From positions 1 through 38,943 of the forward strand of contig JYFJ02003670.1 in assembly GCA_000934665.2 (NCBI GenBank): a stretch of 38,943 nucleotides of DNA. Direction: 5' to 3'. The notes beneath the pieces were generated by a model. That model searched no databases. It had not been told where the DNA came from and saw only the letters and a list, made by a program, of their open reading frames with translations. Source of the DNA: Catajapyx aquilonaris. Lineage: Eukaryota. Below are positions 12,626-24,191 of this stretch, in pieces (the first letter of the stretch is position 1; each line of letters begins with the position of its first letter). Made by a program: the position numbers and the translations under genes.

Positions 12626-14056
12626 CCCAGAGAGTCAAGAACTTGCTGGCTGGTTCGATCAATCAGCAATGTTTCTTATGTAACAACCTATTTATTCCGC
12701 TAAACGGCGTATGGGTTGCAGTTATTTTACAGGTACTAATACATATATCGAGCATTTGTGCACTACATTCTGTCTCTGTTTATCTTTAGTAGGTATGTTA
12801 GGACTAATAGACAAGTAGTCACCCTGCCGCTGAGATTTTTTTGCCTTACTACAAGGATCATTGGTACTCAGTTGTTTCAGACTTGCTTCAGATTATGTAG
12901 TGATCCAAAACTTCAGCCAATATATTTTTTGTTGTCTGCCTGAGTCTTGCCATGACAACAAAGGCAGAGGGCTCGCATGCTTCGTATGAGGTCCAAATGT
13001 TCCATACAGGATTTCAGGGCCAATATGATTATGATTCCCAATGTCTTGCCTTATTCCTCCAATTAAACATACATGTCACTGTGCATGTTACTGATGGGAC
13101 TTCTCTCTTGGGAAACTTGGCCATATTGTGGAATTCATTGTGGAAGTATAATTAGAAGTGTAGGGTCAAGAGCGATTCCAGTGAAGGTCCAGCTCCCAAA
13201 TCATATAGTTCAGTAGGTAGCTGCTAACTGCATGTAGCAGGCTGAAATAGGTCATAAAATCATCCCTGCAATAATTGCTGTCAGTATTTAAAATCAAGTA
13301 AAAAATAAGCCAAGTTGTGCTCTATATCACAAATACTGGGCCCAAATTTCACCATTGTAGCACATCCTTGTTCTTGTCATTAACAAATTGTCGTCAAACA
13401 ATTGCTCACGTGGTAGAAGACAAACCTGGGTTAAGCTAGGCCATTCTTGTAGGGGATAAGCTCATCTCTTAGGGGATCATTTGCTTGAAGGCTGTATGTC
13501 GAATGATATGTAGTGATTATAGGTTATTCTTGCCCAAGAAGGTTTAGGGGCCTTTGGGACCGTTCTTCTCGTGTGGAGTGCATGCTTCACTTCATTTGCA
13601 CCGCGACAGTTCTCTGCATCATATTCAATTCAACTTTTATCAGCATCCCTGCATCAGGCGCAGGGAGCTCTGTGCACCATAGAAAATATATATAGGTTTT
13701 TTATTGTCTTGTGCTACAGGTTTCCTATTTTGACACCTTTTGACCACAGAAGTCTTTGGGTAAAGCTAATGTCTCCCTCTGTCGATTTTTTTCCCCATTC
13801 ATTTGGTGGCATATCTTCAGCAAAATTTCAAAAGTTTGTGTTGAGCGTAACTGCTGTGGTCCTCCTGGGGTCATAAATGTGGAGGAATTATTCCTCAGCA
13901 GCTATGTAGACGATGCTATTCCCTCTTGATTGTATTGTTCTTGCCGTGTTGTGATCTCGCTAACCTTTGCCTCTCGATGAATTAAATAATCACTATTGCC
14001 ACTTGCAAAACTGACTGACCGGCTGCCTGCACGACCTTATTGCGAAGTGTCCGGGC

Positions 14057-14267
14057 GAGGGAATATGCAAAGTGCAGAGCAATCTCGTTGCTATGGTCAT
14101 TCTGAACTCATTTGAACTCCCCCGGGTGGTTAGTCTCAAGGAATCCCACCCGAGACGAAGCCAGAGACTACACAACTCTGCACGAGACGAAATGCCCCGG
14201 CTTGGGATCGAACCCGGGACCCTTCCATCCGTGGGCGCATACGTTACCGCAGCACCACTCCACCTCC
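14057..14267 (-). mobile_element. tRNA-derived SINE, 3'-truncated or decayed
   Basis: Minus strand has an A-box-like GTGGTGCTGCGGTA and a B box GGTTCGATCCC (14214-14204). The body matches the SINE at 15618-15946 (CGTGCAGAGTTG, TCTCTGGCTTCGT, CCACCCGGGGGAGTTCA, TGCACTTTGCA). Confidence 0.85.
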
Positions 14268-15617
14268 CATACAGACGTATACATTGTCATACACCACATA
14301 CTTGGAGAAGTCCAACAGAGTACGTACCCAAGAATAACACCAATAACGCAACCGCAGTAATATATACTGAATGAGAATGACACTCGTCTTCATCTATCCC
14401 CTCTATGTGATCCACGGAGTGTATGCCTGTTTGCAGCATGTAAGGGCATTGTATTTGTGGCAAAATACTTGTCAATCAATATACATGGTACGGCCCTCTG
14501 GACTCCTTATCGAAACAACTGATTCATTTGAGAAATATAGCTGAACATTTTACAGGGACAGAGCAACGTGATAATATTAATTGAAAAACAAATTGCTGTA
14601 ATTTGAATTAAATTATTAAGTATATATACGAGTACAGTACTAACACAGTTTTATGTACCTTAAAGGCGCACGGTACCTCCTACTTGTCCAACTGGTCACT
14701 CCCACACTACGTGGTGAGGTTTGATCGTGACATATGGAACAGTATTGTTGCGTCATGCTGCCGTCACGTCGCACGTTGCACATCCTGTTGTTGCTGGTTG
14801 TCCGTGTGCCTCGTCGCATCTTCTGCCTGAGGTCGTCATACAATCATTATTTAATGCTGAAGCCCAGAATTTATGGTGTTCGTCGTGGGATAGGAAGCGT
14901 TGGTCACAATTGACCAGTTGCCATGACTATAATTGGACGCATGTTCATTGTGCAGTACAGGCAGGGTCATCCAAGCTGGAAAGTTACTTTTGTGTACATC
15001 CTTGTGCATTTTCAGAGTAGGCCACAAGCAGGTGTTATAATAGGAGCAACTTATTGGCTGTGTCACGGTATCTTGAACAGCAATTGTTGGTACCTACTGT
15101 GGTGTGCATTATTCAATAAGACACAACTTAGTACTGTCGTATTCGTAATCAATCTTTTCCAGCCCTGGTTGAGTATGGTAATATAGCCTCTTGACAGTTT
15201 GTAATTAAGCTTGTGGTATATTAATTGCAATGAAGATAGTGTACATTGTCAGTGGAAAGTGATGATTACACACACAGTATTGTTGTGTATGTGGAATTTG
15301 TCTAAAGTGAGAGTATGGTCAGCATGCGACGATAGGTTTCTGTGCTGCTGTGTGTGTGTTAGTGATTTATTATTTTTAGCCTTTGTCGTCGCCAGAAGCT
15401 TTATGTCAAGAATCTGGTTTCATGTGGCTTCACGTGGCATTTGAAATATGCAAACAAGTTCGTATTTATTGGTCACCCGACCTCCTCTTTTATTGTACTG
15501 ACTGACCAGTAGAGAAATTACTGGCAGTGGTTGGAAATGTGTACGACACAAAATAATATGCATATCAAGCACCAGGCAACACCCCTGATGCATTTATGTT
15601 GTTTCCTCACAGCACGC

Positions 15618-15946
15618 TTTTTTTTTTTTACCCCGTGAATGACCTGTTAGGTCTTTAGGGGGTGGTGGATTACCACCATTGGTATTTTGGAGCGTGTTAA
15701 GATAGAATCTTATTAGTGTACTCCAGGGTTGGTAGGAGGGGATGTGCAAAGTGCATGTGCGCTGTCGTTAATTGGTCATTTTGTGAACTCCCCCGGGTGG
15801 CTTAGTCTATCGGAAATTGCCATCCGAAACGAAGCCAGAGATGGCCCAACTCTGCACGAAAGAAGGTGGGAACCCCGGGTGGGGATTGAACCCGGGACCT
15901 TAACTTCCGTGGGCGCGCGCGTTACCGCGGCGCCACTCCGTCTCCG
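15618..15946 (-). mobile_element. Full-length tRNA-derived SINE with poly(A) tail and TSD
   Basis: A-box-like GTGGCGCCGCGGTA, B box GGTTCAATCCC (15892-15882), 3' stem-loop (GACCT/AGGTC inside CCCC/GGGG) and poly(A) at 15618-15629. TSD TCCTCACAGCAC[G/T]C at 15604-15617 and 15947-15960. Empty site in copy B at about 12003-12016. Confidence 0.93.
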
Positions 15947-17399
15947 TCCTCACAGCACTCTTTGCTACTGTAGTGTTCACGGAACAAATATATTGCTCAC
16001 ATGGTACAAGACCAGTCTGGGGTTTAGCTAGGCTGAATCTTACTGGATGCAACTGGGCCTTAAATGATGCAATCAATATAATGTTACGTGCGTTGTCTTG
16101 TAAATCCAATGCATATCTCACTGCATTGGCGAATTAAATAATTATTATAATACAATATCGTAATAACATATAACGTAAGACAAAGACGAAGTAGTAAGAC
16201 GAAGTGAAACATCCAGTCCTGCCGCATGCTACTTCTTGAGTGTTTTAATGATTATCAGTTTGAAAACAGATCGACTACTATTGCTAATGTAGCACTTGCC
16301 TGGCGAATAGTTAATATTTCCAGGGATGTTAATGGAATTATTTACGTATGTTTGAAAGTGATTTGAAATACTGATGCTTTGCTTCATATTCTAAGCACCA
16401 CACATTTTTCAGGATGCCAAACATCATGGTCTGTCTTTCATAATGTATCAAGTACTGAAATTTGGTAATAGCTTTTCATGAGGAAAGACTCTCTGAACTG
16501 AAACATTGCCAAAATCCGTCAGGGGCATGGCTTGACAAATTGTCTTGTAAATTGACCTTCTAAATAGGTTGGTCTGATGTACAAGATGTACTACGTGTCA
16601 TTTTCGTCTCTATCATCGGTCTGAGGCTGAGCATGAGGGTTGGTGGCAGGTAAAACCAGAGTTTGCATGGTTGTAAAGTCAAGCTGAAGGGAATCTTAGT
16701 TCTGCTGTATGTCGAATGATGTGTTGATGATTCTTTAAGTGTCCATCAGGAAGGTTTAGGAGGTCTCTGTTAATAACATTATCGTCCATTAGTAATTATG
16801 ATACTTTTGTTCACTTGGAGGTAATGCCAAGTGGGTGTGGCTTCCCCTGTTAAAAATCCAAAAGGGGAAGGAAAAATGTCAAGAACGACTAAAAATGTGG
16901 CTGTACATTAAGTCACACGAGTTTAACTTCTTACAATTGACTTTTAAGTATTAGAACAATATTAGATGATAGAATTTTCTTAACCAGAATATAAACAAGT
17001 GAATATTGTCTCATTATTTTCACACAATTGGGACAGTTGCTCATTATGGTAGTAACCATTGTTTTATTATGCTGACCAAAGTGGCAGCATCTCTAGTGTC
17101 TACTGGTATAGAGAAACATTGGCCTGTCTCTCTCTGGATCCCACCAAACACCCTCTCTTTCCATTGAACGTCGATTGATCGATTCCGACTGTTGTGCCTG
17201 GTGTCCCAAGTTTGCAGGCGTGGTTCACAAAATCGTCAAAAACCACCTCCAGGCAAACAATTCGCCCAATCTATGCATGTGGACTTACACATCTCTAGCT
17301 CATTACTCATTAGAAATGTATAGCAAAATATGTTAACCAACAAGTCATGTGGTCTAATCCAATTATCTGAAACAAACTTAGGTGGGATTTGCAATTTGC

Positions 17400-17880
17400 C
17401 TGATGATGGAGTAGCCCTGGGACGTAATGATCACAACATTTCTTGGTAAACGATCTTGGATGCGTCCAAACATGCACTGCTCCCAATCATCCCTTTTCCT
17501 CATCAAGGAGGGAACTGCACCAGTGGACATTGCCCATTGGATGCAGAAGGTGCATGGGAATGTCTGTTTCAACCACAAGACTCTTCAAAAAGGTGTATGT
17601 AATTTCTGTCCAGACATGTGTGCTTTCAAGGGAACATTTCCTCAGTGGTTTTCTGCACCAATCTGTCCACCAAGGTGTTGTGGTTGAAGCAGGCTTTCCC
17701 ACACGCCCTTGGCATCCAATGGACAATGTGCACTGGTGAAGTTCCTTTCTTGATGAGGAAAAAGGATGATAGCGAACTGTGCCTGCTTGGACGAACCCAT
17801 ACTCCTGGGAGACTAGAATAAAATGCTCTCCTGTCCACTAAATGCATACTGACCATTAACTACTCCGCATGAAAATTAGC
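17400..17880. mobile_element. Fold-back of two convergent mariner transposase 5' fragments (N-terminal HTH)
   Basis: Imperfect inverted repeat, about 17455-17590 vs 17670-17800. Plus strand reads FLIKEGTAPVDIAHWMQKVHGNVCFNHKTL and minus strand reads FLIKKGTSPVHIVHWMPRACGKACFNHNTL. Both resemble the mariner/Mos1-type N-terminal HTH. Confidence 0.75.
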
Positions 17881-18005
17881 CATGCAAGGGCCTACTCAGA
17901 GATACCACTAGCACTCAGCTGACACAAATAACTCCTGAGATATTGCACACTTCGTGTCATTTGAACACACCGTATATAAAGCTAGTTGCAAAATAACGCT
18001 CTTAC

Positions 18006-18323
18006 CTCGCGCACTCGTTGTCGAAGATGTCCCTCAGCGAGCCGCTCTCCTCTTCGGCTCGCCGCTTGCAGTTGCTGACAAGCCGACGCCTGGCCACCTC
18101 TCCTTCGTTTGGCGGATGGTTATGTGCAGCTTTATCAGTGTAAAGTCCATTGGCCACCACCATCCGAGAAGGACAGTCGTCCTTCACGCATCGGAAATAC
18201 TCAGCTTGTCCCGCACAACTACTTTTCCTATATATGTAATTGTTCCTTACGAAGACAACAGATCCCTTCTTCGTCGGATCAAATTTGAGAGCGCATGGAA
18301 TAAACAGTGGAAGTACTGTGCTT
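18006..18323 (-). CDS. Isolated open exon encoding a FLYWCH-type zinc finger (MULE-transposase-like N-terminus)
   Basis: Acceptor ...CATAACTACTACCCTTTTCAG| at 18324 and donor AG|GTAAG at 18005. The 318 nt contain no stop: ..FDPTKKGSVVFVRNNYIYRKSSCAGQAEYFRCVKDDCPSRMVVANGLYTDKAAHNHPPNEGEVARRRLVSNCKRRAEEESGSLRDIFDNECAR. Confidence 0.75.
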
Positions 18324-18672
18324 CTGAAAAGGGTAGTAGTTATGAATTATTAATGATCTTTGAAATTCACTTTAGGATATAAATTATCGAACCTCCCTCG
18401 AACGCACCTCTCAGGTGTTTTCATTTCTAAAATTGCGTGTAGCATATATTAGCAGCTGGATTATGATTCTCTAGTTACAGTACACCCTTAGGGTCACCAT
18501 AACAGCAATTTCAAGATTTAGTCTCGCTACCGTATACTATACAAAAGGTGTTTTACGCTGTTTTATGCTAAGCAGCATGGGATCCCGGTACTTCATCCTC
18601 TTCCCTGAATGATCTGCTGAGAGGTATGGCTCCCTCCATACCTGAAGACAAATAAGATCGGCGCCCCTGATG

Positions 18673-18713
<41 letters not shown>
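18673..18713. repeat. (AAT)n microsatellite
   Basis: Direct reading. Confidence 0.95.
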
Positions 18714-18717
<4 letters not shown>

Positions 18718-18759
18718 TAATCGATTAGGCAAGCTAACCCAACATATGAACTAATAATT

Positions 18760-19345
18760 AAAACTCGTGAAAATAAACCTAAGAACAACCCGTCCCACCC
18801 CCAACCCCTGCCCACCTCAGACGACATATACTCAATATTAAACCCAGTCCCAGAAGAGGTTCCCATCCGCTTCACCGGAGGAATCAGGTCCGTTTAAGAA
18901 GTCAAGTATGAATAGGAAGGTTGGAGGGAAAACGAAGAACAAGTGATACCAGAAGGTGACTCGTTCATCAAACCCAATCTTACCATTCCTAAATAGGGCT
19001 AATGATCAAGAAAAAAAACATAGTTACTTCGTTATCCGACACGTGCCATATTCCGGAAGAAGTAGCCTATTTAATCCCGACCCCCTCCCTCCCGCGTTAT
19101 ACTCAAGATCATCATCAGTGTCCCCAGTGAACATTAACGGTGATCCCATTATTGATAACATCAGTGTCTCTTCGTGTGCCGGGGAAAAAGTTGGTACAGC
19201 TGGCATAAGTGAAAGCGAAGGTCATCAAGATAGTGCTGCGGTGGAGTACGGGTTAAATGACGATGTTGCAAATCGCAATTTGTTTGGCAAAAGTGGACCC
19301 CCTGAAAAATTTACCATAAACTCCTGGAACATTGCTGGTGTGACA
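18760..19345 (+). mobile_element. Possible non-LTR retrotransposon fragment ending at the start of an APE endonuclease domain
   Basis: ORF 18956-19423 is Ser/Pro-rich and contains KFTINSWNIAGV (19307-19342), matching the first APE/EEP motif (I-x-SWN-V/I-x-G). No later APE motifs follow. Confidence 0.4.
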
Positions 19346-19473
19346 GTTTTACTTTTGACTTACAAGAGCCAGACACCTGTAGCTTACATTGTGTCCTTCC
19401 CACCCACATACCCGTTGTCCTAAGAATATGTTGTAAATTCGTAGATTTTGACCATGATATAACCTAGTGAAGA

Positions 19474-19600
19474 TATTTGAGAAATCTAGCTCAACATGCT
19501 GTAATGAGAAAGCAACGTGATAATTACTTGAAAAACAAATGGTTGCAATTTGAATGTTATACATACTTCGGGTACTAACACAATTTTATGTAGCCTAAAA
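19474..19600 (-). repeat. Fourth, diverged partial copy of the triplicated unit
   Basis: ATTTGAGAAATCTAGCTCAACAT...AAAGCAACGTGATAATTACTTGAAAAACAAAT matches about 10930-11060 and 14525-14665. Confidence 0.8.
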
Positions 19601-21630
19601 ATCCAACATGTGTAGCAGTGTAGGGGGGAAATCACTGGCGGAATGTATGTCCCTGCTGTCTAGGTTTTTCAAATACCATTTCTCCATCTGGCAAGTCATA
19701 TCCAGGAGGATACTGTGTCATCGGCAGCCCTTCGGACAGCTCCATCACTTGCTCGTGTTTAGTTCCACTCTGCACATTTCGAGCCAAATGCGCCAAAGGG
19801 CAGTATACGGGTCCACTCACAAAGACTCACTCCAACTCTTCTTTGGGTACAGGTCAGAAGGGTGTGGTGAGTTGATATAATTGGATTTGTGAAGGTAACA
19901 ACGAAATATGTTCAGCAAGGGTCAAAATCTCGTGTTTAATAGGCACTTCACTAGCTGCCGAAGAGGTGTTGTAAAAAAAATATACTATTCATCCACAATG
20001 CGTCTGATAATTTATTACATCCCAGATGATTACTCTCATGTTGGAGGGAATCGCGTTGTAAAATCACATACAGACAGCGATGTGGTACTGCGACTGATGT
20101 TTCTGCCACTTTTCTTTATGAGTAAGATTATATTTTGCGCAGAAATCTTCCAGGTTCCTCATCTCCCATCACTTGCAATGACAGCATATACAGGCACTCC
20201 AAGCCAATAGCTAGAATATATACTGGAGCTATTGGCCAGGAACACTGCACACTGCAATGGGAAGTACAGGTTTAAACCCTACAGCTGTCTTCAAGTCCGA
20301 AATCACATACAGACAGTGAAAGTGGAGTGAATTTTTAAAAAAGCAAAGAAATGGGGAGGTATTATCATAATACAGAGCTGCTGGATATTATAAAAGCGCA
20401 CATACACGTAGGTCGGCACAGTCGCGAGTTCTGCCAAACAGCCCTGCAACATTTTGAGGCCCATGGCGTGGGCATGCCTTGATCCTCTCCAATTGGTCCC
20501 GCTGCCAGGTGCTCCTTCCAGGCCACTCGCCCTTGCGAAAGCGGTAATCCTGGTTGGCATATGCCAGCAGCTTCTCCTTCCACTGCTGCCGACTCAATCC
20601 TTTCGTGGGCATCTTCTTTCTACAATTAAAACTAACCTGAGGAATGCCTCCACTGTCTAGAGACTGGACTGAGACTGCTGAAAAAAGGAGGCTGGTCTTG
20701 TGCTATAACACCTATGAAATCACCTACTGAGGTCTCCCCACTTGGCCCAAAGGCATTTCTCCCATTGGCAGTACGCCAGCCAAAACACACGGAGGTCTCC
20801 TCTGACCCTCTCTTACAAAGGGCACCAACCACCAACTGGTTCCTTCTCCTCACATTGGAACAATAATGCTCAAAACTCCAAAAGTACCGCGGAGCGAGAG
20901 GTCTTGAGCTTCTAGAGTTCAATGCCATGTGCATTTCAATTCCTTGACCCATCCCTAGTGGCCCTCGGAGTGTCCCTCGGAATTTGATGTTACAATAGTA
21001 AACATATTTTTAGCCGGTTTTAAGTTATGTTGTAGACCTATATGCGTATGTGCAGATAATTGGTGTTGGCTAGTCATACATTCTGATGAGAGACTTTGCA
21101 TTTTGCCGGCAAGTAATTGCGCATTTTAAATTATTATGAAGAAGTAAGTTGGGCCAAGGCCGCCCTTCACTTTCCTTCCATTTGTACCATCAGCATCTTC
21201 CCCTTGGAACCCTCTTTTATGTTGGAAGAAATTCAATGTGCGGCAATCGAATAAGTAATTGGGTTTCACTTTCTATGTAATAGGAAGGAAGTGGTGAAAT
21301 ATGCAAGAAAAATTACATTTGAAAATATAATATTACCGGAAATGTACATACGAGTCAATAGTTTGAAATTATGTGCAATAAAATGACAAATATAAGGCAC
21401 AAAAATTACAAATACCGTAAAACTTTCTGGGGGCACCTCTATTGACAAAAAAATATTGCGTATGACAAATAATGAGTGTGTGGCTGTCAGTTTTGCCATG
21501 TTTAAAATTATGTTGTGAATTTGATAATTTTAAATATTTGCTGAAATTTATATTTTTTTATTGAAATTAAATTTTACTAAAATAATTTTTGCTAAAATTG
21601 AGGAATAATCAAAGGTAATTTTTATAAATA

Positions 21631-21671
21631 CAGTTGAGACCAGATATAACAGCCTCGGCTATAACAGACTC
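21631..21671. mobile_element. pogo/Tigger-like TIR fragment
   Basis: TA|CAGTTGAGACCAGATATAACAGCCTCGGCTATAAC. It shares TAACAGCCTCGGCTATAAC with the MITE at 32621. Confidence 0.6.
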
Positions 21672-22211
21672 GAAAGGACGTGTCGAACCTACGCAGGTAC
21701 GGGGTTCGAATTTTAAGAGCACAGCCAGCTTCATACATACAGTATGTATATTATGTAAGGCTGTAATAGTCTGGAAAAAAACATGCTGGGCAACACTTGA
21801 CCATCTGGGAAACAGACACTATCGGCTGGCCGGTGCCAAATAGAAATCCCCTCCCACGTGTTAGCTGCACGTGTTATACACCTGGCGTGGCGACCTGGGA
21901 AATTGGACCGTGCTCTATTCACAAGTTGCCACATGTGCCACATTTTTCCTGTCGACAAAAGTACACAAAGCAAAGAAAACATGCCATACTTGAAAGGTCC
22001 AGAAAAGGACTTGTGTCTGCAGTACTGACCGTGCAATAAGGAGTAATTTAGCAATAAGAGGAGTGCAATAAGGGGGAGACAGTCGAAGACAGTGCTGCGG
22101 AGTTTTTGATAGTGATACGGATCTGATTCAGGTAAATACTTTTCGTAAGCTGCGATTGATACACAGTATACAGTATTCCCTTATGACACTCATCTCGTTA
22201 TCGCATGTAGC

Positions 22212-23935
22212 ATGGATGACAATGAATATTTGGACATCCCTGCGTCATACAATTCGGCCGAAGATCCGGATTTTCGTCAGGATGACGATGCCAGCTCCAA
22301 TGATGGGGATGATGAAATCGGTGTTTCCGATAATAATGAAGACAGTCAGACTACAGAAGAGGAAGAGGAGGAGGAAGACGCTGAAAACAGGGAAATTGGT
22401 GAAGCCGCTGAAGGAATGCAATCTACCATACGTCATTCATCCTGTCGTCGACCATGATACTGCTGCTTCTAAGAGGCAATGCTTCGAGGCCTTCTGCCCA
22501 TCACGTGTCGTCGAGTGCCTTTGTCAGTGGACAAACGATCGTGCTGAAATGTATTTCATGCAAAAAGGTGCCGTGGATAACATTGTTCATGATGTACACT
22601 GGAAGGAAGTTGTATTGGCCGAAATGTACGTGTTTTTTGCACTCCTGTTTGTCATGGGCATTGTGAAACTGCCCAACATAAAGATTATTGGAGTAGCAAT
22701 CTCCTCTGCTTCTGTGCTTCGGTGATGAGTAGAAACAGATTTCAGAGCATTCTGAAATTCTTACGATTTTCCGCTCCACAGTCTGCACGCAGGGAAAACC
22801 CACACGTGTTTGTCAGTATTTATCTATGCTGAGGGCATTGTGCACGATCCTCATTGATCCGGGCCACGTCTTAGCAGTGGACGAGTGCCTTTTGTTATTC
22901 AAAGGTAGATTGCACTTTCGCCAATATATAAAATCAAAGCGTGCTATACATTTGGGATAAAATTGTTTTGTGCGTGTCCCAGTTATGAAACACTTCGTGG
23001 TTATGCATGGAATTTCTGTTTGTACATTGGCAAGAACATCTATAATGTGTCACATCTTGCCCACAGTGATTATTTGTCCATGTCGGAACAAGTGGCTGTT
23101 CACCTTGTTGAAAGTGTTCTGGGGGAGAGGCATATTATTGTGGATAATTATTCTTTATCAAAACGATTATCAGATTTTTTATTGGCACATGACACTTACG
23201 TCACGGGAACGCTTAGAACAACTCGGGGTGTGCCACTGGTGCTTCAAAATGAAGCTTTGCAGAAGGGTCAGTCTTGTTTTGCCCGAAATGCCAACACTTT
23301 GATTGTCAAGTATGTCGATAAGAGGGGCGTGTACGTGCTTACGACGAAATATGCAGCAAACTTTCGGGAAAAACAACGTATTGTGGGCGAAGGAAGAAAG
23401 GAATGCGTCAAAAAGCCGCTATACACATCGACAAATATAATCAGTATATGGGAAGTGTGGACGCAACTGACCAGGACATTCACCCATACAACGCCGCAAG
23501 GAAAAATTACACCTGGTTCAAAAAACTTGGAATCCACTTGGCTCAACGGATGATGGGAAATGCCCGTGTGATGTATGACGCACATGTGAATAATGGACAA
23601 AAAACCGAGCAGAAGACCTTCATACTTCAGACTTGCCAGGAAATCCTATTGCAACATTCCGATGGATACGAAGAGCTCCACAGGCAACATCAGGACCACC
23701 GTAATCAGGACAATACTTCCCTTACAGTCTCCCCTCAAAATGTGGAACAGGTGCTTCACAAACTTGTACTTTTTCCAGGTACAAGGTCATGCGCGTACCC
23801 ACGAAAGGACTGTCGTGTGTGCACTATAGACTGGGGGAGAGGAAGGCCTCAAGAACGAGATGTGCAGGGTGTGACGACTTTCCAGGTCTCTGTGGCAATG
23901 ACCATTTTGCATTGTATCATACACTCCATATGTAG
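22212..23935 (+). pseudogene. piggyBac (PGBD4-like) transposase, multiply frameshifted
   Basis: Acidic N-terminus, then WTNDRA, EMYVFFALLFVMGIVKLP, MSRNRFQSILKFLRF. Catalytic motifs AVDECLLLFKGR (D at 22880), IIVDNY, GTLR and YNQYMGSVDATDQ. WFKKLGIHL. C-terminal Cys-rich domain CRVC..RTRCAGC..PGLC..FALYH, stop at 23933-23935. Confidence 0.96.
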
Positions 23936-24191
23936 AACAGTCTGTGTAGTGTGCTAGTGTGTGTATATGGATGTACGTGTTATTATTTTATACTGTACAT
24001 GCGGCATGTGTGTGATTTTCTTGTAAAAATTCTGCTTGATAAATTGCACAAGTTACAACTATTATTATTCATAGGGTTTTCCCAGATCTCGTAAATATAG
24101 GTGTTATTATTTGCAAAATATCCCGTCCGTATCTTCGGAGTACGCGTAAGCCAAAAACTGTGTGGTTCGGGCCGATCTGGGGCCGAAGGGG
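23936..24191 (+). mobile_element. piggyBac 3' end and right TIR
   Basis: Ends ..GGGCCGATCTGGGGCCGAAGGGG|TTAA (TTAA at 24192-24195). No matching left TIR is visible upstream. Confidence 0.85.

Larger units (their letters stand above)
13864..15990 (-). repeat. Copy C of the segmental triplication, interrupted by two SINEs
   Basis: Begins TGGGGTCATAAATGTGGAGGAATTATTCCTC like copy B and aligns to B up to GCTACTGTAGTGTTCA. Confidence 0.93.

Noticed and set aside
14200..15946. tRNA genes at the SINE heads (also 28756-28845)
   Set aside because: They have A and B boxes but no complete cloverleaf or terminator, and they continue into SINE bodies.
17954..18382. 142-aa plus-strand ORF
   Set aside because: It is the antisense shadow of the FLYWCH exon.
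18537..18875. ORF with a poly-Ile 'membrane' segment
   Set aside because: It is the translation of the (AAT)n microsatellite.
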